Shown here: positions 54,346 through 63,966 of the stretch, piece by piece | Position numbering within the stretch: position 1 is the stretch's first letter | Layout: each line of letters begins with the position of its first letter | Virus record (IMG/VR): IMGVR_UViG_3300031088_000645 | Strand: one strand, 5' to 3' | DNA length: 64,000 nucleotides | DNA from: an uncultured virus (IMG/VR IMGVR_UViG_3300031088_000645) | Taxonomy: Duplodnaviria; Heunggongvirae; Uroviricota; Caudoviricetes | The notes under the pieces: generated by a model | The model's database searches: none | Seen by the model: the letters and a program-made list of their open reading frames with translations, nothing else | Told to the model about the DNA's origin: nothing | Program-made: the position numbers and the translations under genes

Positions 54346-56832
54346 TTAGTCAGAGACCTTCTTGATGAGTCCGATGACCGCGTACGGCAGGTCTTCGACT
54401 AGCTCAATCTTGGTGCCACGCTCCTTGGAGAGCATGACGATGTGCTTTAGTTCGTCGTACTTGTCGGGACGAATCAGCACTCGCTCAGGTACACGACGAA
54501 GCAGGATGCGAAGCGTCTCGGGACCACCAGGCTTGATACGGTCGATGTTGTCAACGCCGTACTCCGCAGCAATCTTCTCGACAGCCTTCCAACCACTCCA
54601 GTCAGGCTGGACCGGAACGTGCCTGTTCACGAACTCCACGACCTGACCGATGAGGTCTTCGTCGAAGAGAGCATCGATGGTGTCGATGAAGTGGTTCGAG
54701 TAGTCACGCTCTGCAAGCTCCGAGTAGAACTTGGCACCGTGGTAGTCGTTCTCACCGATGTAGTTCTCGTTGAGGACAGTACGGGAGACCAGACCGGAGA
54801 CGGTCGAGTTCAGAGCAGCGCTAGCGATGAAGATGTCCTCACGTGTGCCGTAGAGGTCAGTCGAGCTAGCAGGGTCAGCCACGACCGCGAGTTCACGCGA
54901 GAAGTGGATTCCGGTCGCAGCCTCATACTCATCCAGAGCAGCGGTAAGCTCCTGCGTGATGCGTCCCTTACCGGACCAGCCGTCAACCAAGATGATCTGC
55001 TCGGGGTCGTGGTGCGCAGCGAGGTAATCAAGCGCACGGTAGTCAATTCCACGGTCACGTACGATGCTCACGGCGTAGTGGGGAACGTCGATGCCGTATG
55101 CCTTCTTGATGTAGCGCTTAGCGAGCACACCGATAGGCGTACCGGCACGGGCAAGCGAGACGAGCACCGGAGCGGCTGCACGGCGGCGGTAGACCTGCTC
55201 AGCCATGATGCCGACCGTCAGTGCCAACTCGTGCTTCGAGGTCTCCAGAGCGTCCAAGAACAACTGCTGGTACTCTTCGCTCGGCTGGTACTCGGTAGGC
55301 AGCGACTCAGCGTAGTGTGCCTCACCACTCTGGACAGCCTTCTCGCGGTCCTCGATGTTACCTTCCAGCGCAACGTCCGAGAGATCCTTCAGCAGCCACT
55401 GAACATCCTCAGGGCTGTAGGAGCCGAACTCCGGTCCTACCAAAGGCTCAGCTAGCTTCTGCTTCTCGATGACTGGTTCCATGATGAAGATGTTCCGTGT
55501 TCTCTCTGATAGTGCCTCGATGAGGCTGTTTGCGGGTGAGGTGAGACGCTCGGTCTCAGCCTTGCCATTGGAGACAATGACGATGTTGTTGAAGTCGGTT
55601 CCGATGTTGTAGGCGAATCGCTTCTCGGTGTCGCCAGCAACCTCAGGGACGCTGTACTTGATGCGGTCGCGGATAGCGTAGCCATCGTTGTCGTATGCCA
55701 GCACAGGCGAGCGAGTGGTGGTCGAGTAGGAGATATCGAGGCTACTGTCCTTCTCCAAGCGGTACGCAACCTGGAGCGCGAGGTACATGTCTTCCTCGAT
55801 ACCCAGGACAAGCGTCTTACCGCTCAGGGACTTGCGAATCTTCGTGGCGAGAGTGCGTGCCACATCCTTCAACTCATCGAAGTCAGTGAAGCCGTTGCGC
55901 GAGTTCGGAGCGCTCACAGCGTACTTACTCTTGATGACGGCAGCACGACGCTTCAATGAGAAAGCCTGCTCGGGAGCCTGCTTCTTGATTTCCGCGATGG
56001 CGGGTGCAGCAACCTCGACCGAGTTGGCGGGGATGTCAAGGTAGCCCGAGTACAGCGAGAACACCTTGATGTCGATGTCGTTCAGCGCCGCGAACTTCTC
56101 CATCGTGTCGTGCGACTCCTTGTTGCGGAGGTCAACGAGCGTGGCAACGTAGTACGTCTTTCGCTTTGCCTTCTCCTGCATCATGGTAATGGTGTTCATG
56201 ATGGTGCGACCGGTGGTCAGTTCGTCATCGACCAGGACAAGGATGGTCTTCTTGTCGTTCAGGTACGAGTCGTCCTTGGGAGTCAGGTGGTGCGAGGTTG
56301 CGTGCGAGTGCTCTTCCTCGAATCCGCCGTACTCCTGGGCATCAGCGTCAGGGTAGCGGGTCGAGTTGATGTAGTAGTCGGCATCAATGCTGTCAGCTAC
56401 GGCAGCACCCAGAGCGGTGGCAGTCTCGGCATAACCGAAGACGACGAGGTTTCGTCCGCCTAGGTTGTTCTCGGCAAGCTGCTGGTCGAGGTAGATGCTC
56501 TCGCCACGGTCGTTGTTGTGACGCAGGGTATGACGAAGACTACGGAAGGCATCGCCAACCGTAATGACATCACTTTCCTGCTGATTGAATGAACCGAATA
56601 GCTCGTTGCTGATCTGCAACGACAGGATTCCGGCTGCGTTCTTGATGACGAGTGGCGACTGAGGGTAGTGCTTACCGAGCACCTTGGACACGAGCAGGTG
56701 TGCACGCTTGGGGTTCTCGCGGAATGCAACACCAACCAGTTCGCTCAGTTCAGGCTTGCCACCCTCGCTCTTGCTTGCGGCGATGTTCAGGGTCTTGGTA
56801 ACTACCTCACCCTGCCAGTTCTGCTTAGTCAT
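54346..56832 (-). CDS. Ter-cluster fusion: phosphoribosyltransferase/TRSP + StiP-like cysteine protease + PELOTA-like domain
   Basis: R.NPKRAHLLVSKVLGKH.P, GYAETATALG, FEEEHSHAT.H, LVDDELTTG.T, GSY..EDV.WLL, VSLARAGTP, VDGWSGKG.I, IKPG..ET.R.LLRR.P. Confidence 0.9.
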   Translation of the reverse strand: MTKQNWQGEVVTKTLNIAASKSEGGKPELSELVGVAFRENPKRAHLLVSKVLGKHYPQSPLVIKNAAGILSLQISNELFGSFNQQESDVITVGDAFRSLRHTLRHNNDRGESIYLDQQLAENNLGGRNLVVFGYAETATALGAAVADSIDADYYINSTRYPDADAQEYGGFEEEHSHATSHHLTPKDDSYLNDKKTILVLVDDELTTGRTIMNTITMMQEKAKRKTYYVATLVDLRNKESHDTMEKFAALNDIDIKVFSLYSGYLDIPANSVEVAAPAIAEIKKQAPEQAFSLKRRAAVIKSKYAVSAPNSRNGFTDFDELKDVARTLATKIRKSLSGKTLVLGIEEDMYLALQVAYRLEKDSSLDISYSTTTRSPVLAYDNDGYAIRDRIKYSVPEVAGDTEKRFAYNIGTDFNNIVIVSNGKAETERLTSPANSLIEALSERTRNIFIMEPVIEKQKLAEPLVGPEFGSYSPEDVQWLLKDLSDVALEGNIEDREKAVQSGEAHYAESLPTEYQPSEEYQQLFLDALETSKHELALTVGIMAEQVYRRRAAAPVLVSLARAGTPIGVLAKRYIKKAYGIDVPHYAVSIVRDRGIDYRALDYLAAHHDPEQIILVDGWSGKGRITQELTAALDEYEAATGIHFSRELAVVADPASSTDLYGTREDIFIASAALNSTVSGLVSRTVLNENYIGENDYHGAKFYSELAERDYSNHFIDTIDALFDEDLIGQVVEFVNRHVPVQPDWSGWKAVEKIAAEYGVDNIDRIKPGGPETLRILLRRVPERVLIRPDKYDELKHIVMLSKERGTKIELVEDLPYAVIGLIKKVSD

Positions 56833-57994
56833 TCTTGCTACCTGCTTCCAAAAAGTCGATGAAGTCGATGTTCTCGTTGGCGACACCGAAAGCACGCGCA
56901 CGCAGGAGGGTCTTCTGTGCCCATGCGTAGTGCGGCTTGATCTCGTTCATCTTGTTGCGATAGAACGAAGACTGTGCGCCACCGGTTGCGCCGTCACCCT
57001 TGGTGATGTCGAGCGCGTCAGAGTATTCCTCGTGGGTAACGACCGCAAGGGAGTGGACGATGTTGATGTGTGAGGGGTGGATGACCGTCTTGCCGGTGAT
57101 GCCGTTCACGCGGTCAAGCTGTACCTCGCGGATGAAGGTGTCATCACCACGACTGAGCAGCTTGAAGCGCATAGCCTTGGCGGTACCGAAGATGCTCTCA
57201 CGAAGACGGGGCTTGAAGATGCGGTCCTTGGCGGTGAAGTGTTCCCAGACAGCGCCGGTCACGACCAGTCCGTCAGCGGCGCGACCGAAGAGGTTCACGA
57301 TGTCACTGATGGCAGAGGCGATGGGGTGAACGTCCCAGACCGTGAAGTCAGAGGTACGGCGGATACCGTAGACGCTCGACATGTCGGTAGCACCGATGCG
57401 TACGGCGAGTACAAGGTCAATGTTCTGCATGATGATGACCTTGATATCGTCAAGGATTTCGTTGCGCGACTCACGGTGCACGATGTTGGTAGATTCCAGT
57501 ACCGGCATGAAGTACAGAGGACGCTCGTAGCTCTTGTTGATGTGACGGAGGTTGGAGACGTAATTTGCCGCGTGTCCGGTGCTGTTCTCGAACTTGGGGA
57601 ATACGAACCCCGTCAGCACGTCGAGTAGACCCTCGTTCTGCTGGGCGATGCGCCACAGGTGGTCTGCCGTACGGATACGGACGAAGATGAGGGGAAGGTC
57701 ATCCACGGTCCCGCGAGCCTTTAGCTCCAGCAGGGTTGCGTGAAGGTTTGCCTCAGCCTCGGGGAGAGCAGAATCCGGGATGGAGTCTTCGAGGCAGATG
57801 ACGACGGACGTTGCGCCCTTCTTGCCCATCTTCTCGGTGGACTGGACGAGGTTCTTCTTCGTCGCAGGTGTATAGAGAGTCGCACCCAGGGCGGCAGAAA
57901 GCAGCTTGGGGTCGGAGGTTCTACTGAACTGCTCCGGCTCGACAAGGAACAGCTTCGCTCGCTGGTCCTGGCTCAAGAAGTCGTAATGACGCAT
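56825..57994 (-). CDS. HpcH/HpaI aldolase/citrate-lyase family protein (Ter cluster)
   Basis: LGATLY.PAT, CLEDS, GFVFPKF, MPVLE, RIGATD, GKTVIHPSH, NKMNE.KPH..WA. Confidence 0.92.
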   Translation of the reverse strand: MRHYDFLSQDQRAKLFLVEPEQFSRTSDPKLLSAALGATLYTPATKKNLVQSTEKMGKKGATSVVICLEDSIPDSALPEAEANLHATLLELKARGTVDDLPLIFVRIRTADHLWRIAQQNEGLLDVLTGFVFPKFENSTGHAANYVSNLRHINKSYERPLYFMPVLESTNIVHRESRNEILDDIKVIIMQNIDLVLAVRIGATDMSSVYGIRRTSDFTVWDVHPIASAISDIVNLFGRAADGLVVTGAVWEHFTAKDRIFKPRLRESIFGTAKAMRFKLLSRGDDTFIREVQLDRVNGITGKTVIHPSHINIVHSLAVVTHEEYSDALDITKGDGATGGAQSSFYRNKMNEIKPHYAWAQKTLLRARAFGVANENIDFIDFLEAGSKND

Positions 57995-58132
57995 TGAGGG
58001 TGTTTCCCTTCTTGTATTTAGGTATCGCGTGGCAAGCCACAGCAATACATGCAGGTTACTACAGGATCAAACTAAATGCAATTCCGACACGCCGGGGCTT
58101 TCATCCCCCAGCGTGTTCGGAAAGTAGGTGGG

Positions 58133-58744
58133 CTAGTGAGCGACAGGGCTGGTGATGCTGAACGTCTCATCGATGGTGCCGTAGAGCTTCTCTACCCGCA
58201 CCTCAATCTCACTGCCGATGACGGAGAGGTAGAGTGCTCGCTGTCCACCGTCAGTGTCAGCGCTAATCTCGGTTCCATCCAACAGGTTCAGACGCAGGAT
58301 GCCGTCATGACCGCCGATAACGAGACGACGTAGCTGATGGATGTGGCGAAGACCCAGCACGAACTTGCCTTCGTAGAACTCAGCAAGCTTACGGTTCGCG
58401 TTCACCGGCACCTCATGCATCTGAAGTGTGTTGTCTACCCGGGAAACGATACCGCTGTGCTGTTGCTTGTCCTGCCACCCGAAGACTTCCGCCCCAGAGA
58501 CCGTCAGCGACCCGATAGCGCTCTGTCTGGCGTTCAGCCGTACGACGGGAGCGTCCAGCGTCAAAACGACTCTACCGTCCGCCTGTGGCTTCTTGGGAAG
58601 CGAGTTGTCGTACGCTTCACCCGGAGCATCAAGGTTCAGACGTAGCGACACCTTCTTCACGGGCGCAGCAACCTGCTCACCAGGCTTCAAACGACGCTTG
58701 ATGTAGGTGATGTCGGGGCGAGGGTTGGTGAGGTTTGCTGCCAT
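58133..58744 (-). CDS. Ter-cluster hypothetical protein (degenerate TerD-like)
   Basis: coupled to upstream terD-like gene; L...QSAIGSL.V, LRH..QLRR motifs. Confidence 0.6.
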   Translation of the reverse strand: MAANLTNPRPDITYIKRRLKPGEQVAAPVKKVSLRLNLDAPGEAYDNSLPKKPQADGRVVLTLDAPVVRLNARQSAIGSLTVSGAEVFGWQDKQQHSGIVSRVDNTLQMHEVPVNANRKLAEFYEGKFVLGLRHIHQLRRLVIGGHDGILRLNLLDGTEISADTDGGQRALYLSVIGSEIEVRVEKLYGTIDETFSITSPVAH

Positions 58745-59301
58745 CAGAGGTTCACCTTGAAGCTATCCGCGACTCCCTTGATTCCGGTGGTGAATCCCTG
58801 ACCGATGGCGCGGAACTTCCAGTTGCCGTTGTGTCGGTAGAGTTCAGCGAAGATCATGGCGTTCACGTCACTGTTGGGCTGTACGAGGTCGAAGCGAACC
58901 ATGTCGTTGTCCTCACGGTCAGCAACGCGGATGTAGGCGTTACGGACGGCAGCGAACGTACCAGGCTTACGGATGTCAGGGTCAACGTAGACAACGAACA
59001 TGATCTTAGCCACGTTCTCCGGGATGAGGTTCAGGGCGATATCGATCTGCTCCTGGTCATCACCCGTGACGAACTTGACGCTACCGTCTGCGGTTGCAAG
59101 CTGGTTGAAGAACACCATGTGCTCATCCGACAAGGCGTTGCCGTTGGTGTCGCACATGATGGCAGAGGGAACGAGTTCCACCTTGGGTCCGTTACCGGAG
59201 ATGATGCTCCAACCGAAACCGATGGCTAGCTCGTCGAGTAGTGGGTTGTTCGCGGTGAGCGGGGTGTTCGCTCCTGCTTCTAGGCGAATGACGGAACTCA
59301 T
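58744..59301 (-). CDS. TerD-family protein
   Basis: G.GW, VFFNQ....GSV, D.EQI.I.L, F..V.NAYIR, AELYRHNG.WKFRAIGQG. Confidence 0.92.
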   Translation of the reverse strand: MSSVIRLEAGANTPLTANNPLLDELAIGFGWSIISGNGPKVELVPSAIMCDTNGNALSDEHMVFFNQLATADGSVKFVTGDDQEQIDIALNLIPENVAKIMFVVYVDPDIRKPGTFAAVRNAYIRVADREDNDMVRFDLVQPNSDVNAMIFAELYRHNGNWKFRAIGQGFTTGIKGVADSFKVNL

Positions 59302-59352
59302 ACTAGGTAGCCTTTCTGGTGATTTAGGTAGGTGATACTTGGTGATTCGAGA

Positions 59353-59835
59353 TTAGTCGCGGAACCGGGTGTCAACAAACCGGCTCTGGATTTCCAACTC
59401 ACTCATGGAGTCGGTGTAGATGCCCTTGCCGAGTTCGATGACGCTGCGTTCCAGCTTGTCGAACTGACTCAGGAGAAGTAGGTCAGCCTTGCCGCCGTCT
59501 GCACGCTCAGTAGGGGTGAGCTTCATGAAGATTTCTAGCGGGCGAGGGATGTAGGTGGTGAGTAGGTTCTCGACTTCGAGTTCCTTCTCAACGATGACAG
59601 GATGCGTCTCGATGTAGGCGACCAACGGCTGTACGAGGTCATCAATCGAGCGAAGACGGGAGTATGCAGCAGGGGAGATCTCGCGAGATACCGACTTGAT
59701 GTATCTCGCGAGATGCTCCGACTGCTCGTGAACACGCTCATGGAAAGTGGTGGTCGGGGTCGCGAAGTTACCGTCTGCTACAGCAGCGGCGACACTATCG
59801 TCTCGTCCTCCGAAGAGTGTGGAGATCCACGACAT
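59353..59835 (-). CDS. XpaC-like partner of TelA
   Basis: next to telA; Y.P..L..F..L, L..Q...L, L..Q..F...RF pattern. Confidence 0.65.
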   Translation of the reverse strand: MSWISTLFGGRDDSVAAAVADGNFATPTTTFHERVHEQSEHLARYIKSVSREISPAAYSRLRSIDDLVQPLVAYIETHPVIVEKELEVENLLTTYIPRPLEIFMKLTPTERADGGKADLLLLSQFDKLERSVIELGKGIYTDSMSELEIQSRFVDTRFRD

Positions 59836-59909
59836 TCGATTCCTCTTTCTTAGTTAGGTTCACAGTGTATTGCTGTTACCACTGAATTGCAATTCCGACA
59901 CGCGGAACC

Positions 59910-61139
59910 TTACGCGCCGAGAGCCTTCTGAGTCTCGGACTGGTCGGCACCATCGATTGCACGGGCACGCTCCAGGTAAGGGCGAGCCTTCTCGACCTGG
60001 GCACCGAGGTTGTCGATGGTGACCTTCATCGAGTCGTTAGCCTGGACGCGGAAGGTGTCAACCGACTCCATCGTGTCGTAGATGTTCTTGAAGGCGATCT
60101 CCAAGGTCTCAGCCGAAACGCCCGAGGTGGAAGCCTGAGCCTGAATCATCGCCGTCTGCTCCTTGAGCATCTCGGAGGTGGCAACGATGGTGCGGTTCGT
60201 GGTCTCGTTCAGAGCGTTGATCTGGTTGAGGACGAGCTTCTGGTTGTACAGAGCCTGAGCGACGACGACAGCGGTACGGAGAGCCGAAACCGTGGTCGTG
60301 AGAGCGCGGTCAACACCCTTGATGAGTTCCTCGTTGTTCTTGCGAATCAGACCCATCGCAAGGTAACCCTGAACAGCAACAGCAAGCTGCGTCAGGAGGT
60401 CGGTACGACGCTGACGGACGACGAACAGAAGGTCGGACTCTGCGGCACGGGCAGCCTCAGGGTTCGTGATCTTCAACTGCTCGATCTTCTTGACCAGTGC
60501 TGCGTCAATCTCAGCACCGAACTGGATGTAACCACGAAGGTCGGTCATCAATGCCCACTGGTTAGCCTCTTCCTGCTGGAGGGAGGCGTTGTCGAGGATG
60601 AGTTCATCCTTGCCAGCGGTCAGCGACTTGATGATGCCGTTGATCTGCTCCTGTGCCGACTCATACTTCTGGAAGTACTTACGGATGCGGTTACCACCGG
60701 GGATGAATCCAAGGATCTTCTGACCGGGGTTCAGGTCGGCAGCGTTCGGGGTGAGGTCTTCAACCGTGCTACGGAGGTCAGCCAGACCATTGGCAACCTT
60801 GACCGTGGTCGAGTCACCGCTCTTCTTGGCACCGGCAACGGACGAACCGCGCTGCTCCAGGAGTCGGTTGGGAGCCGAAGCGGCAGCCACAACCTCCTTG
60901 GCACCGAGTTCGTTGATGTCCTTGACCTTCTCCTGGAATGCGGGAGAGGAAGGCACGAGTTCGCCAACGTCAGCAACAAAGCCCGCAGCCTGCTGGTTCA
61001 TCTGCCGAACGAGATCCTGATTCAGGGGCTGCGACTTGAACATCGAGTCAACGTCGCTCTCCTGCACAACCTCTACTGGCTCGGGCTTGGCGAGGACAAG
61101 AGCCTGTTCCGGCTCGGGTGGGGTGAGAGTCATACTCAT
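59910..61139 (-). CDS. telA: toxic anion resistance protein (TelA/KlaA family)
   Basis: LG.IP.GN....YF.KYES, G.DEL..DN, RQR..DL.TQLAV..QG, NN.ELI.GVDRA..TT..ALR.AV. Confidence 0.9.
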   Translation of the reverse strand: MSMTLTPPEPEQALVLAKPEPVEVVQESDVDSMFKSQPLNQDLVRQMNQQAAGFVADVGELVPSSPAFQEKVKDINELGAKEVVAAASAPNRLLEQRGSSVAGAKKSGDSTTVKVANGLADLRSTVEDLTPNAADLNPGQKILGFIPGGNRIRKYFQKYESAQEQINGIIKSLTAGKDELILDNASLQQEEANQWALMTDLRGYIQFGAEIDAALVKKIEQLKITNPEAARAAESDLLFVVRQRRTDLLTQLAVAVQGYLAMGLIRKNNEELIKGVDRALTTTVSALRTAVVVAQALYNQKLVLNQINALNETTNRTIVATSEMLKEQTAMIQAQASTSGVSAETLEIAFKNIYDTMESVDTFRVQANDSMKVTIDNLGAQVEKARPYLERARAIDGADQSETQKALGA

Positions 61140-61181
61140 TGCGTATTGTTCCCTTTCGAGGAGTCTAGGTGGTGCATGAAA

Positions 61182-61221
61182 AGAGGGGTTGAGCCGAGAT
61201 ATTCTTCAGCCCAACCCCTCT
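61182..61221 (-). terminator. intrinsic terminator/attenuator between terD and telA
   Basis: GAGGGGTTGGGC...GCTCAACCCCTC followed by TTTT on minus strand. Confidence 0.7.
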
Positions 61222-61354
61222 CGGTATTGCTTGTGGTGTTGTTACCCATCCATCGCTCTAACAGTGGATGAGAAGGAGCCTCAGCGACTGGTCCAAACGG
61301 TCACTGTGGCATCTGGCTGGATGGTGCGCCGTGATAGTACACCATCCAACGAGA

Positions 61355-61936
61355 TTAGGAAAGACCGACGACTCCGAAGTCCTCAGCGATTCCGCGAAGA
61401 CCCGTGGTGTAACCCTGACCGACAGCCTTGAACTTCCAGCCGCCGCCGTTCTTGTACACCTCAGCGAAGACCATCGAAGTCTCGGAACCCGAGTCCTCCG
61501 AGAGGTCGTAACGAGCGATCTCGTGATCGTTGTCGTTGTTGATGGTGCGGACGTAGGCGTTGCGGACCTGACCGAAGGTCTGACCACGAGTGTCAGCCTG
61601 GTCAATCGAGACGGCGATGACGATGCGCTCGATGTCGTCCTCAACGTCGTTCAGCGAAATGAGGATAACCTCGTCGTCGCCGTCGCCGGAACCGGTGCGG
61701 TTGTCACCCTCGTGCTTGACCGAACCGTTAGCCGAAGCCGTCTGGTTGTAGAACACGAAGTCATCCGACGAGCGGACCTTGCCGTTGGCACCGATGAGCA
61801 GTGCGGATGCGTCGAGGTCGAACTGCTCACCAGCGGTGGCCCGAGCGTCCCAACCGAGACCGACGCGGACGTTGGTCAGACCAGGCTCTTCCTTGCTGAG
61901 CGAGAGGCTGTTTCCCTTGGAGAGGCTAAGTGACAT
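61355..61936 (-). CDS. terD: TerD-family protein
   Basis: SLSKG..LSL.K, VGLGWD, FDLDAS, FVFYN, GDNRTG.GDGDDE, WKFKAVGQG. Confidence 0.93.
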   Translation of the reverse strand: MSLSLSKGNSLSLSKEEPGLTNVRVGLGWDARATAGEQFDLDASALLIGANGKVRSSDDFVFYNQTASANGSVKHEGDNRTGSGDGDDEVILISLNDVEDDIERIVIAVSIDQADTRGQTFGQVRNAYVRTINNDNDHEIARYDLSEDSGSETSMVFAEVYKNGGGWKFKAVGQGYTTGLRGIAEDFGVVGLS

Positions 61937-62030
61937 AGTGTTTCCTGCTTTCTTATTTGGTAGTTGTGGAAGGTGTTGCGAGTTTGTGTTGGGTCAGGGT
62001 GACCCGGGGTGGTTCGTACCGGGCTACGGC

Positions 62031-62597
62031 TTAGAGGACACGCTGAGCGTCAGCGACGACCTTGGAAGCCTTGTGACCGTTGGCGGGGTTACCCACAGCG
62101 GTGAACTTCCAGCCAGCGCCGTCACGCTCGAACTTGGCGATGACCGAAGCGGTGTAGTCGCCGTTGTCGCCAGCGAGGTTGTAGCGAACGAGTTCGCTGT
62201 CACCACCTGCGGAAGCATCCACGACGCGAGCGTAGACGTTCTTGACCTGAGCGAACTTCTGCTTGGTGTAGCTCGTGATGACGACGACACCAGCGGTGAT
62301 GCGGGAGTCGATGCTGTCGAGGTCAACGCGAATCTGCTCGTCGTCACCGTCGCCAGCGCCGGTCAGGTTGTCACCGGAGTGAAGGACAGCGCGGTCCTTG
62401 CTCTTGGTGGAGCCGTACCAGACGGTATCGACGTTCTTGCCAGCGGCATCGAACAGGATGACGGAGGCATCGAGGTCGATCTCACGACCACCGAATGCTG
62501 GGTCCCAGCCGAGTCCGACGATGATGTTCTTCAGAGCGGAGCCGTCCGACTTGGTGAGCGAAAGGCTCTGACCCTTGCTGAGTGATAGTCCTACCAT
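62031..62597 (-). CDS. TerD/TerZ-family protein
   Basis: LSKGQSLSL.K, GLGWD, IDLDAS, HSGDNLTG.GDGDDEQI, WKF.AVG. Confidence 0.92.
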   Translation of the reverse strand: MVGLSLSKGQSLSLTKSDGSALKNIIVGLGWDPAFGGREIDLDASVILFDAAGKNVDTVWYGSTKSKDRAVLHSGDNLTGAGDGDDEQIRVDLDSIDSRITAGVVVITSYTKQKFAQVKNVYARVVDASAGGDSELVRYNLAGDNGDYTASVIAKFERDGAGWKFTAVGNPANGHKASKVVADAQRVL

Positions 62598-62699
62598 GTT
62601 GTTCTCTCAATCTTTTCGTTGTTGTGAGTTGGTGTGTTGCTGGGTTGCAGTGGTGTTACTGATGTTGCGGTTACTGCATGTTTCGTTTTGTGTCCGTAG

Positions 62700-62728
62700 A
62701 GGCTAGGTGGTGGGCGGGTAGATGTCAA
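62700..62728 (-). promoter_or_regulatory. SigA-type internal promoter for the terD genes
   Basis: TTGACA-N17-TAGCCT. Confidence 0.65.
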
Positions 62729-62829
62729 GCCGATTTCTGACTGTTTTCACTTACCCGCCCACAACGCATTTTGCCTTACTTGGTTGCTATCAAACGTATC
62801 GCTTTGGCAGCGGATGATAGCTGGATTCG

Positions 62830-63966
62830 TTACTTGATGGGGGTATTCACAGGAAGCTGTGAGCCGTCATCGATTGCCTTGTTTCGCTTGTTGTACGCCA
62901 GGGAGGACACGAACGCTGCGATGACCAGACCGATACCGATGAGACCGGTGACGACCTCGGGGACGTGAATGGCAATCGAGGTGATGAGCAGTGCTGCAAG
63001 AGCACCAATCGCCCAGTGTGCACCGTGGTCAAGGTAGACGTAATCGTTCAGCGTTCCCTTGTTCACGAGGTAGATGGTGATGGAACGGACGAACAGCGCA
63101 CCGGCACCCAGACCCAGCATGATGACGATGGGGTCAGTGGTCAGCGCCAGGGCACCGATAACACCATCGAACGAGAAGCTTGCGTCCAGAACCTCAAGGT
63201 AGAGGAATGCGACGAATCCAGCCTTACCAACGAGCATAGTAGCTCCGGCGACACCAGTGTGGTTCTCCTCATCAGAGTCCAGCTTTGCCTCGAAGAGGTT
63301 TCCGATGGAGTTGATGATGAGGTAGACGAGCATACCCGTGAGACCCGAGACCAGGACGGTGACGGCGTGGTGAGGGGCGATGGCAGCGATGACGAGAAGA
63401 GCGCTGATGCCGACGACGACAGAAGCAACGTCGAGCTTGCCGATCTTGGCGAGCGGCACTTCGAGCCACTTCAGCCACTTGATGTCACGGTCCTCGAAGA
63501 TGAAGTCGAGGAAGAGCATGAGCAGGAACATACCACCGAAGGAGGCGATCTGCGGGTGAGCTTCGTTCAGGATGAAGCCGTAGGTGCCGGGAGTCTCGGG
63601 GTCACCCTTCTCCATTGCGAGTCCGAATGCCTCCACGGGACCGAGACCGGTCGTGATTGCGACGATGACGATAGGGAAGAGAAGTCGCATGGCGACCACG
63701 GCGACCAGGATGCCCACCGTAAGGAAGATCTTCTGCCAGAAGGGCGACATCTTCTCGACGATTCTTGCATTAACAATAGCATTATCCATGCTAAGACTAA
63801 TTTCAAATACTACCAGAAGTCCGACGAGGAGTGCAACCTGCAATCCAGCCGAGGTTCCTGCTCCACCAGCGCTACCGTAGAAGTAGCCGACGATGATACA
63901 GATGATCGCGATTGCGATTGAGATGCCAAAGATGCGCAGCGGGTGCTTAGGCGCGTGGTAAGACAT
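62830..63966 (-). CDS. DUF475 (TerC-related) membrane protein
   Basis: EISLS.DNAIVNA, FLTVGILVAV..MRL.FP, FLYLEVLDASFSFDGVIGA, YL.HGAHWAIG.LA. Confidence 0.93.
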   Translation of the reverse strand: MSYHAPKHPLRIFGISIAIAIICIIVGYFYGSAGGAGTSAGLQVALLVGLLVVFEISLSMDNAIVNARIVEKMSPFWQKIFLTVGILVAVVAMRLLFPIVIVAITTGLGPVEAFGLAMEKGDPETPGTYGFILNEAHPQIASFGGMFLLMLFLDFIFEDRDIKWLKWLEVPLAKIGKLDVASVVVGISALLVIAAIAPHHAVTVLVSGLTGMLVYLIINSIGNLFEAKLDSDEENHTGVAGATMLVGKAGFVAFLYLEVLDASFSFDGVIGALALTTDPIVIMLGLGAGALFVRSITIYLVNKGTLNDYVYLDHGAHWAIGALAALLITSIAIHVPEVVTGLIGIGLVIAAFVSSLAYNKRNKAIDDGSQLPVNTPIK

